NCBI GenBank assembly: GCA_963845755.1
Contig: CAWJTV010000036.1
Coordinates: forward strand, 160,001 to 224,000
Origin: an uncultured Planctomycetota bacterium
GTDB lineage: Bacteria; Planctomycetota; Planctomycetia; Isosphaerales; Isosphaeraceae
Reading direction: 5' to 3'
Length of the DNA: 64,000 nucleotides
A program made the position numbers and the translations under genes. The first letter of the stretch is position 1. Each line of letters starts with the position of its first letter. The notes beneath the pieces are model-generated. The model saw only the letters and a program-made list of their open reading frames with translations, did not search any database and had not been told where the DNA came from. This document shows, one piece after another, positions 44,201 through 54,824 of this stretch.

Positions 44201-44585
44201 TCTGGCCGGTGACCGAACCGCCTCGAATTGCTACAACGCCGCGTGTTCCGCCGCCCTGGCCGCCGCCGGTCACGGCCGAGACGAGCCACCGCTCGACGAA
44301 GCCGCCGCGAGCCGGTTGCGCCATCGCGCCTTCGAGCACCTCAAGCGGGACCTGGCCGCCTGGTCTGAGGTCTTCCGACATGGACAACCCTCGGAGAGAG
44401 GTCAGCTCCAGCAAACCCTCGCGCACTGGAAAGTCGATCCCGACCTGGCGGGAATCCGCGCGCCCGACGCCCTCGCGCAGCTTCCCCAGCCCGAGCGCAA
44501 TGACTGGCAGGCCCTCTGGGCGGAGGTCGATGCTCTGCTCCGGACGTCAGCCACTCGTCAATCGTCAGGGATCCTCGGCCAATGA
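41234..44585 (+). CDS. Ser/Thr protein kinase with TM segment and TPR repeats, frameshifted near 43440
   Basis: IGRGGMGVV, AVK, HRDLKPSN, DWGLAK and GTPAYMAPEQ; TPRs and YNAACSAALA in ORF 43467-44585. Confidence 0.93.
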
Positions 44586-45422
44586 CCGCGGACGGAATCC
44601 TCGCGGTACTCATCGCGCGACCGCTTCAACCGGCCGATCCTTCTCGGGACATGCATCAACGCTCAAATCAAAGAATTCGCGCATCTACTCGATTAGGGTC
44701 TGGGAGAAAGGGGGGACTTTCGCTAATAATACAACCTCACCCGTCTTGCAATGGCTTTCGGACAATTCTGTTGCGATGCATGAGGGGATTGGAGAGTTTC
44801 CGTAGATAGATAGCTAGAGGATCTCGGGGAAGACGTCGGAGGCTCAGGTTCGGACCGGCGGACCCGATGACGGGAACAACGCAGCTCCGCCGGTCACTCG
44901 GCGGCCTCGCTCGCAGGGTCCTGTCCTCGATCGACTTCGGCGCCGCTTCGCTCGGGGCCTCGCCTCGGTTCGTTGATGGTAGGCGGCCGCAAGGGCCAAA
45001 GCCCTGAGGCTTTCTGGTTCGTCCTCGCCGGCTTTTCGGCCGGTGCGTGTCATCATGACCTAGTCTTCCAGTGGGGCAGAGGGAGTCGCGATCGGACGGC
45101 CTATGTTGGCCGGGCACTCAGATTGCATGCATCGTAGCTGTTTCGCCGAGAGACCGCCGATGAGAGCATCGCCCGGAACCCAGGTGATCGTCTTGACTCC
45201 ATGAGGGGCAGCAGCCCCCCAGCCGGGGGCGTTGGCTTCGTAATCCGGATCGAGCTGTTCTCCATCACCCCAGCCGGGGAGGGATTGTGTCGTCTCTCCA
45301 GGTTGGTCGGCGATGTCGGAGCGGTCTGGGTCCCAATCATCGGGTCAGCGCCTCCGTCTGGCGGGCTGCACCTCTCGGCTTCGGGACAATCGTGACGGAA
45401 ATAGGGAATGCCCCCCGAAGTC

Positions 45423-46779
45423 TCAACGCGGCTCCGTTGCGTCCTTCGGCGGCACGATCCCCGGCTCGAAGAACGTGGTCGTCAGGTGATAGGGGATGCC
45501 GTCGATCTGGTACTCCAACTCGCCGAAGAGGGCGAGATGGCCGTCGTGGCTGGGCCGAACGGTGCCGGTGATCGTTGTGCCGGACGTCATCGGCGTGGAT
45601 ACCCAGCGGGCCTCGCGGAAGTCGCGGCTCTCGGACCGGGCCGTCCAGAGCCGGGCGGATTGCGGGGCCGGCTCGGCGTGGATTGTCAGTGTGGCCTCGT
45701 CCTGCGTCTTGCCGGCGAACTCCCACGAGATCCGGGGGAGCGGACGATCGGTGACGACCTGCCGGAAAAAGGCGCCCAGGTCGTTGACGGCCCAGTCCCG
45801 GTTCTTGTCCAGGCCGTGCCCGGCGTTGGGCAGTTCGACGAGGTACTTCGGTCCCTTCAGGCCGCCCCAGTAGAGGTCGAGGGCATCGAGCGTCCAGTAT
45901 CGGTCGTTGGTGCCGTTGATCAGCAGCTTGGGCTTGGTCAGCCGGTCGCGATAGGTGAACGGGTCGACCATCGTCCAGAGCCGGGTGCCGAGCGGTGACT
46001 GCACCTTCTCCATCAGTCCGCGCTCGACGTAGTCGTGGATCTGCTCGCTATACTGGCCCCAGACCTTGAGCTGGTTGGGACCTTGCTTGCCGAGGTTGAG
46101 CATGACGATGACCATGGGCGCGATGGCGACGACGCGGTCATCCATCGCGCCGGTGAGCCAGGTCGTCCAACCTCGTTTCGAGCCTCCCGTGACGACGAAC
46201 CGCGTCACCGCGGGCTTGCCGCTATCCTTGGCCCACGCCTGGACGGCGTCCATGGCCTTCACGGCACTCTTGACCATCGGGAACAGGAGGGGCCAGTTCT
46301 CGTCCTTCGTTTGGAGGTAGCGGACGAACGTCTCGGCGATGAGCTCGTCCTCGGTCTTGCCGCCGAGCAGCGGTTGGTTGGGGACCTGGCGCAGGACGGC
46401 CGCACGGGCGCCGCAGACCTGGGCCAGGGTGAATCCCGTCTTGTGATCCTCGTCCTTGGGCTCGTTGCCGTTGGCGCACCCCGGTGATGAACAGGAGCGT
46501 GGTATCGGGATAGGTGATCTCGCGCGGCTCGTAGATGCTGAGGCTGTGGGTCCACGTGATCCCCTGCCAGACCTGTGAGGTCAGCTTGAGGCTGTAGACC
46601 TTTCCCACGGGCGTGTCGTGGTTGCTGATCTGGGTCCAGGCGAAGGCGGGGTCCGGCTTCCGGACGTAATCCTCCAAGCCGGCGCGCACCGGGCGGTGCA
46701 TCGCCAGGACCACAATCCCCGCCGCCAACACTCCCAATCCCCGACGAACCGACGCTCTCTGCCCGCGATGTTCGGCCAC
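45423..46779 (-). CDS. PhoPQ-activated pathogenicity-related (PqaA-like) alpha/beta hydrolase, frameshifted near 46480
   Basis: LEDYV, LTSQVW, PMVKSAVKAMD, GGSKRGWTTWL, NDRYW and PNAGH motifs. Confidence 0.88.
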
Positions 46780-47018
46780 GATGATGGGCTCCCCCTGGCT
46801 GCCGAAAGTTCGGAACGCCGTCCGCGGCTCGGGCGCCTCCCCGACCGGGGTCCCACGACGCCCGCCTCAGTCAAGCCGTGTCTTCACGATATCACGCACG
46901 TCCGTTGATTCACAAGTCGAACGGCTTCCCGGTTCGATCGAGATTCCTGGGGTCCGTGTTCACGAGAAAATCAGCCGGGCTGACGGCGATTCTCACCCGG
47001 GGGCGCGGTCCATTGCGA

Positions 47019-48410
47019 TCAGTGGCCGTGGCGCTCGAGGATCCGGCCGACGTGCCGGCGCAACTCGCCGCCCCGCTCGGGGTCGACCATGGCGACGAAG
47101 TTGGCGAACCCTTCGATGGCCGCCAGGATGTCGGGGCCGGCTCCCCATCGCTTGCCGGCCGGGCCGTCGCGCTCGATCTGAAAGAGCGTGGCGCGGAAAC
47201 GCCTCAGCGTCGCCCGCGCGACGTTTACGCGGCGGTTGACGACGAGGCCGGTGACCTCTTGCTGTCGTCCCTTCCGCAAGATGCGCGTCTTGTCGGGGTG
47301 GACGCGGAACCCTTCCTTCTCGATCACGAAGCGGACCCGGCGGAGCAACTTGCCGACGTCCTCGGCGGCCGGTCCCGAGCCCGAAAACGTCATGTCGTCG
47401 GCATAGCGCGTGTAGCGGAAGCCGAGCCCCTCGGCGATCCGGGTGAGTCGGGCGTCGAGACCCCGGCAGAGGATGTTCGTGATCGCCGGGCTCGAGGGTG
47501 CACCTTGCGGGAGGCGTCGTTCGCCCCGGGCGACCTGATAGACCTGGCCGTCCAGCTCCACGGCGCGCACCTCGGGCTCGGAGCAAATCAGCGACAGGAT
47601 CGTGGCAATCTGCTCGCCGTAGCCAAACGAGCGGAACATCCCCTTGATCCGGCGCCGGGTGACGGTCGGGAAGAACTGCTCCACGTCCAGGTTCACGACG
47701 ACCTCGGCGCCGATGTGCGGCGAGGCGTTGGTGACGATCGAGCGGCCCTTGCGGAACCCGTGGGCCGCGGGGTGGAGCTCGACCTTCTCCAGGATCTCGG
47801 TCAGCACCCATTCCTGCGCCCGCTTCAACCGGGTCATCGGGGCCGAGATCAACCGCAGGCCGCCGGTCTTCTTGGGGATCTGGAACCGCCGGTAGTGGCT
47901 GACGGTCGCGACCCGGCGCACGAAGCTCAGGAACCGCAGCTCGCCGACGGTAATCCCCATGGCGACGGCCAGGTTTTCGGCGTTGGCCAGCAAGGGGAGG
48001 CCGCGGGCGCGGAGCTTATCCAGGTCGGTCTCGATCGAGTTCAGCCCGGCGGAGACGCCCTCGCCGAGGTAGAGGATCTCGTGGCTCTTCCGCGCGCACC
48101 ACGCCTCGGCGCGCTCCTGCCGCTCGCGCAGCCGGCGGAGCTTGGTCTCTTTCTGGCGCTCGCGCGATTCCTGCATCCGCTTCTTGCGCAGCTCCTTCTT
48201 GAGCTTCTCCGTATCCTGGATGCGGGCCTGTTGCGCCATGAGGCCCTCGAGCTCCGTCCGCAACTGCTTGCGTCGTTCCAGCTCCTCGAGCGTATCCGCG
48301 GGAGGGCCCAGATCGCTCGGCCAGAAGCCCAGGCGGAGCATCTCCTCGAGGATCACTTCCTCCTTGGAGCTCTGCTGGATCCGGTCGTATAGCTCCTGGC
48401 GGGTGGCCAT
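47019..48410 (-). CDS. Retron-type reverse transcriptase (myxobacterial-like, with N-terminal extension)
   Basis: 463 aa, intact. IPKKTGGLRLISAP, AAHGF, region X NASPH, LDVEQFFPT, LPQGAPSSPAITN, YTRYADDMTFS, region Y QEVTGLVVN. Confidence 0.95.
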   Translation of the reverse strand: MATRQELYDRIQQSSKEEVILEEMLRLGFWPSDLGPPADTLEELERRKQLRTELEGLMAQQARIQDTEKLKKELRKKRMQESRERQKETKLRRLRERQERAEAWCARKSHEILYLGEGVSAGLNSIETDLDKLRARGLPLLANAENLAVAMGITVGELRFLSFVRRVATVSHYRRFQIPKKTGGLRLISAPMTRLKRAQEWVLTEILEKVELHPAAHGFRKGRSIVTNASPHIGAEVVVNLDVEQFFPTVTRRRIKGMFRSFGYGEQIATILSLICSEPEVRAVELDGQVYQVARGERRLPQGAPSSPAITNILCRGLDARLTRIAEGLGFRYTRYADDMTFSGSGPAAEDVGKLLRRVRFVIEKEGFRVHPDKTRILRKGRQQEVTGLVVNRRVNVARATLRRFRATLFQIERDGPAGKRWGAGPDILAAIEGFANFVAMVDPERGGELRRHVGRILERHGH

Positions 48411-48456
48411 GAGTCACTGTGGGGTTAAGAGATTGCGATAGGTCAGATGCCCGGTT

Positions 48457-48602
48457 CCGAGGTCTTGAAATTGCGCTTGTCGGATAGGGACCGTAGCCGA
48501 GCGCGGCTCGGGTCGGTGCCGTTGACTCCATCCGCGGCCCAACGGGCCGCCGTGGCCTCCTTCGGACTCGCTTCGCACGAAACCCCGACTTCAAGACTTC
48601 GA
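48457..48602 (-). ncRNA. Putative second, short msr-msd-like RNA cassette
   Basis: Closed by an IR at 48590-48601 / 48458-48469 (11 of 12 pairs, extendable). Internal hairpins at 48534-48550 and 48490-48517. Confidence 0.5.
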
Positions 48603-48608
48603 GATGAG

Positions 48609-48865
48609 GATTGTCGAGACGACCGGCGCACCGGTGGGGCTTCCCTTCGCGAGGCTCTCAGGACCGGGCCGCTCCACTCAAGCCGGCGCCACCACCCTGG
48701 GCGATACGCCCGCTCGGCGTGCCGGTCCGTGTATGCCTAGGGTGGTGGCAGCCGGCACAGTAATGAGCGGACCGGTGATGCATGACAGGTCAGTTGGCAT
48801 GGATGGCGATCCGCCATCCGGGTTGCAAGGCTCCCCCGCCGTACACGCCGGTCGTCTCGACGATC
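48609..48865 (-). ncRNA. Retron ncRNA (msr-msd), long type
   Basis: a1/a2 IR with a perfect 16-bp core GTCGAGACGACCGGCG (48613-48628 / 48846-48861). msr hairpin GGATGGCG/CGCCATCC (48801-48819). Long msd hairpin 48663-48776. Confidence 0.85.
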
Positions 48866-48871
48866 ACCCCG

Positions 48872-48900
48872 ATCTTAAGAGTGACGGGATGCCGATGCAA
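48872..48900 (-). promoter_or_regulatory. sigma70-like promoter for the retron ncRNA and RT
   Basis: Minus strand: TTGCAT, 17-bp spacer, TAAGAT. The predicted start (about 48865) coincides with the 5' arm of the a1/a2 stem. Confidence 0.75.
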
Positions 48901-48955
48901 GGACCTCGTCGAAAATGTCGCCGTCCGGCCACGGCCGGGGAGCTGAGGAAGAGTC

Positions 48956-49093
48956 GATTCGAGATTCGAGATTCGAGATTCGAGACTCGGGATTCGACAT
49001 TCAAGGCTCGGGATTCAAAATTCGAAATGGAAAATACTTTCATATTTAATTAATATAAATATAATTTTCGGATTTTGAGCCTCGAATCTTGGA
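48956..49093. repeat. Heptamer tandem repeat (GATTCGA, about 10 units, some degenerate), AT-rich spacer and inverted degenerate copies
   Basis: GATTCGA units at 48956-49025; TCGAATC-like units at 49066-49093 and 49424-49442. Confidence 0.8.
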
Positions 49094-49125
49094 CACTCCT
49101 CGCTCAACACCGCCGCTGGTTGCCT

Positions 49126-49383
49126 CCTCGTTCCCACGCTCCGAGGCTGTGATTTTTTGGGGAAAAGCCCACTCATTGACCATAATCCATGTTTGTAACC
49201 CCTTGAAAATCAGGGGCTTGCTCCCATCAAACTTCGTGCATCTGACCTGTTTCACCCAAAAAATCACAGCCTCTCCGCGTGGGAATGCCGTCTGGGACGC
49301 TCCGCGTCCTCTTCCCGGACGGAGACCAACGACGCGACGCGGAGCGTCGAACCCGGCATGCCCACGCGGAGCGTGGGAACGAG
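49126..49383. repeat. CTCGTTCCCACGC-type REP element interrupted by a MITE
   Basis: CTCGTTCCCACGCTCC[...]GCGTGGGAATG...CCCACGCGGAGCGTGGGAACGAG. Related half-copies occur near 2510-2540 and 40880-40903. Confidence 0.75.
49143..49273. mobile_element. 131-bp MITE with TCC target duplication
   Basis: TIRs GAGGCTGTGATTTTTTGGG / CCCAAAAAATCACAGCCTC, with TCC on both sides. Confidence 0.8.
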
Positions 49384-49457
49384 AGTGGGCCGCCTTCTTC
49401 CCGTGGTGGTGTTCGGCGAGGAGTGTCGAATCTTGAATTCGATTGGTTCGCGTTGGT

Positions 49458-51129
49458 TCAAGAGACTCCAGCCAGCGCCGGCGATGCCCGCAGCCGGCGA
49501 GCGTGGAGCAGTCGCAGCGCCAGGATGTGCTCACACGGGCCCATGCGGAGCCGGTTCTGCTGGTAGAAGTTGCAGGTGCACCGGGCGTCGACGACGCGTT
49601 CGTCATTGTCGATGCGGAGCCAGGGCTCTTTCGGCGTTTCGCCGTGACGGACCCGGCCCTGGAGGGAGACCCCCTGGCCATCGTCCTCGGACGCGAGCAA
49701 CACCACGGCTCTCTGGTCGAGGAACCGTGTGGCGTGCGCCTCACGCTCGTTCTGGAATCGGAGCCGGTCCATCGGCAGCGGCTCGCGGCTGAGCTCGCGG
49801 CGCCGGTAGCACCCGTTCTCCAAATCGTAGACTGCCCGGCCGGCCTGGGTGTAGGCGGCCAGGGCGCCGAGGACGACCGAACGGTCGAGGTCGAGCCGCG
49901 CGCGCCAGCTCGTCGGGCGTCGCCGACCAGGAGTCGCTCAGCGCCGCGAACACGCGGCGCTTGGTGTCGTCGTCCACCTCGGCGCGGGGGGCGAGGAGGT
50001 CGAAGTTGCCGGCCCCCGACCAGTCGTTGCGCGTCCAGCCGGAGAGCCCCAGCGTGTACGACATATCGCCGAGGTCGGCCAGGTAGAACGAGGGCATCCC
50101 CTTGCCCAGAAGGTGCACGGTGAATGATCGCGCGACCGGGACCAGCCGCTCCAGGGTATGGAGCCGCCGTCGCCCCCAGACCCGGACCTCGTCGGCGACG
50201 TCACCCTCGTAGACCGACCGGGGGCAGGTCACCTCGTAACCCCAGGGCTCGAACAGGACCCGGACGGGCCGGCCCGGCTCGAGGCAGTACCGCAAGGCTC
50301 GCGGGCCGACCAGCTCCTTGTGACGGCGGAGAACCAGGCAGATGTTGTGGATGTCCATCGGGTGCAGGCGGAACGTCAGCGCCGGCAGCGCCATCGCCGA
50401 GCTGACCTGGAGGAACCCGCGCACCCAACTGTCGGGCAGGTCGATCTTGACCTCCTTGTGCGCCGGATCGTCCGAGGACGTCGCGACCTCGAACCCGGTA
50501 GGATCGATCGCGAACGTCGTGGTCTTGTAGCTGCGGATTTTCTGGAACTCGTCGTAGAGGGCCTCGGAGTAGTCGATGTTGGTGGTGCCGCAGGCGAATT
50601 CGCCGACGTCTTGGAAGACGTTGTAGTTGACCGCCAGCCGGCCGTAGCTCGACTCGTCCTGGCTGAAGCACTCGAAGAAGACCTGGTCGGGGTGGACGGT
50701 GATCACCGGGTCGAGCACGATCCATGCCTGGTAATCATGCTTGAGCAGGTACTGGAAATACTGTTGCTTGGCGTCGAGGTAGGGCTTCTGCCGCTGGTAG
50801 CTCCGGTCGAAAAGCGTCTTGAACTCGGCGTTGATCTCCTTGATGCGCTGGGCGACCTCCTTCTTGTGCGCGGCGATCGCGGCGAGGTCCTCCGCATCCT
50901 GGGCGGCCCGCCAGCGGAGGTACTCGGTGCGGTCCTTCGGCTTCCAGCGTAGGTCGGAGACGACCACGTCGTGCAGGGCGCTAATCGCCTGGCGGAAGGC
51001 CAGCGGCTGGCGGAGGTTTCCCCGGAAGAAGGTCGGCTGGCGGAGCGTGTCGGGGGCGAACGACATCGCGGTTCGGTCCACGCGGTTGCTCACGGTCGAG
51101 TCGCCGTGGTAGGCATAGTCAAACTGCAT
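49458..51129 (-). CDS. SWIM zinc-finger protein (retron-associated), frameshifted near 49900
   Basis: ORFs 49741-51129 and 49458-49823. LDPVITVHPD...FFECFSQDESSY; C-terminal ARCTCNF...GPCEHILA (CxC...CxH). Confidence 0.88.
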
Positions 51130-54100
51130 GGCGCACCTCCACGGGCTGGATCCGGATCGGCAGCTCGATGTGGGGATAGGTCTCGTGGATGAACGTCAGC
51201 AGCTCGAGGACGCGGGCGCGGTCGGAGATGGCCGCCGTGGCCGAGAGCGGGGCCAGGACCGCGGCCACCGCCTCGGCCGCTTCGGGACCCGCGCGCGCCG
51301 CCCGCTCCAGGAAGGCGAAGGCGCGCTCCTTGGCCACGCGCCCCTTGTTCACGCGGGTGAGCACCGCCATGCAGAAGAACCGGAGCCGGCGCACGTGCGC
51401 CGGATCGTCGGCGGCAAACCGGTCCAGGAAATGGCCGGCGAACGCCTGCATGTCGGTGTCGGGATGTTCGCTCAGCTCCAGCGCGTAGCGCTCGCCGTGC
51501 TCCTCGCGGAACAGGCGGCCGATCATCTCCCGGCCGAACTGCTGCACCTCGGGCTTGACGCTGTCGCAGAGACCGATCAGGGCTTCGGGGGGCCACTCGG
51601 CACCGGCCAGGTGGTCGCGGAATAGCGCGAACGCCCATCGGCGCGAGTCCTCCCACTTGGCGTCGGCCAGACGGTACGCCGTGCGCAAGTCGGACGCCAG
51701 CCGGTCGGGATGCTCGCGGCCGATCTGCCAGACGGCCTCGCGCACCGAGAGGATATCGTGGCTGGCGAGCCGGACGAGATGGTCCAGGTCCAGCGTCTCC
51801 CAATCGACGTTGGTCGGCAGGAGCAGGCCGCCGATCTCCTGGGCGGGCTTCGAGCGCGATTCCAGCAGCCGTAGCACGGTCTCGGCCGGGACGCGGTCGA
51901 GCCAGGCCAGCAGGTCCTCGCGGAGCACGCGGACCGTGTGACTGGGCACGCCCTCTGAGGCGCCCGGCGCGAGCAGCGACTCGGCCAGCCGGCCGGCGAT
52001 CTGACGGCCGAACTCGCGGTCGCCCTCGGCCAGCCGCCGCACGGTCGCGCGGATGTTCTCGCGGAGGTCAGTCAGCGGGTGCCGGGTCAGCCAGAGCAGC
52101 ACTTCGAGGTTTTGCTTCAGCCGCTCGTCGTCGAACTGGTCGAGGATTCGCACGCCGACGCTCCGGACGACGTCATGGGGCGAGGCGAGCAGGGCGCGGA
52201 GGAGGTCGGGGGGCGGCTGCTGGGCGAAACGATCGTGCCCCAGCACGAGGTCGCCGGCCAGCCGCTGGACCATCGAGAGCGGGTGGGCTAGCAGGTCGCG
52301 GATGACCGGTTCGCCGATCCGGCGGAGGACCGGGCGGAAGACCAGGAGCATGGTCTCGGCGATGTCGGCGGCGCGAGGGTTCTCGTCCGGGCCCAGCGTG
52401 AGAAGCCGGGCGACCAGCCGGGCGACTAGCATCTCGGACTCGCCTTCGGGCACGGCCGTCTTGCGGAGCAATCCGCGTGCGAAGGCGCGGGTCTCGGGCT
52501 GCGGGCTGGCGACGAGGCCGGCGACCAGTCCGGCATCCCTCCGGAGGATCCCCCAGTGCGCGTTGGCCCACTCCTCGGCCGTTCGACGCGCGTCGGCCAG
52601 CGGGCTGTCGGCCAGGATCAGGACCAGCTCCGGGTCCGGATTGGCCGGATCGAACCGCTCGATCGCCAGATACAGACCCAGCCATGCGGTCGGCTCATAG
52701 AGGCTTGCCGCCAGCCGCTTGACCGTCGCGAGGTCCAGCCCTCGGCAGAACTCGGCATTGCGCGCAGGGCTCGGGCGGCGAACTCGTGGACCGGGGTGCA
52801 GCGGGATTCGAGCACCAGGCGCAACAGCGCCTCCGGGCGCGGTCCCACAGCTCGGGGAACGCCTCCTCGCGCTGCTCGGGCGGCGGCTGGCCCGGCTGGT
52901 ATTTCGCCTGGCAGACGAAGAAGCCACCCCGGGTCGTGGTGTAACGGGAACTGCTCGCGTAGAGGGTGCAATTGAATACATAATAAGGACCGAACCGGTC
53001 GATCGTGGCATTGCCGGTGCGACCTCCGTTATTCCGGCGCTGACGGCCAGCGAGGACGGGCAAGGCATCGCCATCGCTGTAGTGCCGCAGGACTTGCTCG
53101 GCCATCCGGACGTATTCCGGCCCGCCGAGTTCACCCCGGTCCAGGAGGATCCTCCAGGCATGGCGGCAGAAGTACTTGCGCGTCGGGCTGGTGAAAGCCC
53201 TCGTGACCAACGGATATCTGGTCATCCTCCTTTGGTCGATGAACTGGGAGATCTCGAGCCCCCAAGCGACGGACGGCCGGGTCGTCTCGAACCGGTGGGT
53301 CAGGAGGCCGAGCATCTCGGCGTCATCCCGCAGCTCGGCGACCTTGAACAGGTAGCGGACGATCCGGACGAGATTGGGGCCGAGCGGAGCCGACCGGAGG
53401 AATGCGAGCAGGACGGCGCAGCGATGCGCTCGTCATCGATCCAGTAAAGATCGGCGAGCACGCCGTAACCGTCCTCGACTTTCAGGTCCACCCGCTCGCG
53501 GAGCGTAGCCCGGAATTGTGGTTCTTTCTCCGCCCTGGCGATAAAGCGATTCATGAGCTGTTGGTGGTAAAAGTACGGCTGGACCAGGGAAGGTAGTATC
53601 TCCAGCGCCGCCACGACGGCCCGCTCGGCCGCCTCATCGACCCTGGCGCGGAGCCGGTCGCGGAACTCGCCGGCCTCGCCCTGCTTCACGGCGTCGGCCA
53701 GCGCGGGGGCAGACCATCGAGCACGTGTTTCGCGGTCTCGGCACGCTCCTGGGGGGTCATGAGGAGACGGATCGACTCCAACGCGATCCGGCGGGCCGGG
53801 GCGGGCGACGCGGGATCCATCGCGAACGCGCGGAGCCGGGGAATGCTCTCGGCCGTCCCGCAACGCCCGAGCGCCAGGCCGCGCAGTAGACCAGCATCGC
53901 CTTTTCTTCGGCCTTGTTGGGCTGCTGAGGACGTCCGTAATAACGCCTGCGGTGATAGCTCGCGGTCGGTTCGTCCTGATAGTTCGGGGTCGGTCCGGCC
54001 GATGGAACCGACGTCGAGGCCGAGAAGGTCCATGAAGAGGGGTCGATCTTCTCGGGGATATGCGGAGTCGGTTCGGGCGCTCGATCCGCCCGGAACGTCC

Positions 54101-54636
54101 AGGGCGACCAGGTCGGCATCCGGCCCGACACCGCCGGGGCAGGTGGCTCGGTCTTCGGCGGCTTCTTCTCGCCGCGCAGGTAGGCCCACAGCAACGGCTC
54201 GGCCGCGCGGATGCGCAGCTCGCCCGCCCGCCAGATCACGCGCGACAACTTCCAGTCGGTCGTGAACTTGGCCTCCACGCCGGCGCAACCGGACGAGGAT
54301 CGCCGCCTCGCGCTGGGCGGCCACGTCAACCGGTCCCGCCGGGGCCGGCGTTCCGGCTGGGGCCGCTGCCGCGGGCGGGGCCGGGGCCGGCGCGGCACCC
54401 GGCTCGTGGTAACCCTTGTCGACCTTCTCGGCCACGAGCTCGTCGTAGATCCGCTCGGCCTTGTCCCGGGCGACGGGCACGGCCGTCTTCGACCCGCTCT
54501 GGAGCTTCGCGCCCCGACGGCCGTATCGGAAATTGACGACGAACCGGTCGGGGCCGACCTCGCAAAGGTCGACCTCATAAACCTTGTCCGACTTGCCTTC
54601 ACGGAATTCCAGGGAGATGGTCTTGATGAGTCTCAA
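51119..54636 (-). CDS. WGR-domain / ARM-HEAT-repeat protein (retron-associated), multiple frameshifts
   Basis: N-terminal LEFREGKSDKVYEVDL...VNFRYGRRG...EKVDKGY (WGR-like). Helical repeat-like segments in ORFs 53300-53863, 52695-53315 and 51119-53161. Overlaps the SWIM gene start. Confidence 0.82.
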
Positions 54637-54824
54637 CGGTCCGGCCCTCCGCGCTGGCACCTCGCGACCCGACCTCGCAGCCGCCCATTCTAACGAACGG
54701 GCTGGCGCCGATCACCCGAGTTGAACCGGCGCCATATTGACGAGGCCCCACCTGTGATTCAAGATGCTGTTCAACGGTCACACCTTTTCCGCGAACACGC
54801 CCCGAGGAACTTCCGAGGTTTCTG

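Noticed and set aside
44855..45352. Weak inverted similarity (GACCCGATGA.GGGA...GCTCCG) suggesting an element or ncRNA
   Set aside because: The match is short and gapped, does not extend, and has no target duplication.
47019..48410. RT as group II intron maturase or DGR RT, possibly linked to the intron fragment at 31.2 kb
   Set aside because: It has retron region X/Y motifs and an upstream msr-msd. No maturase domain, DV/DVI or TR/VR repeat pair is seen, and the intron fragment is 16 kb away.
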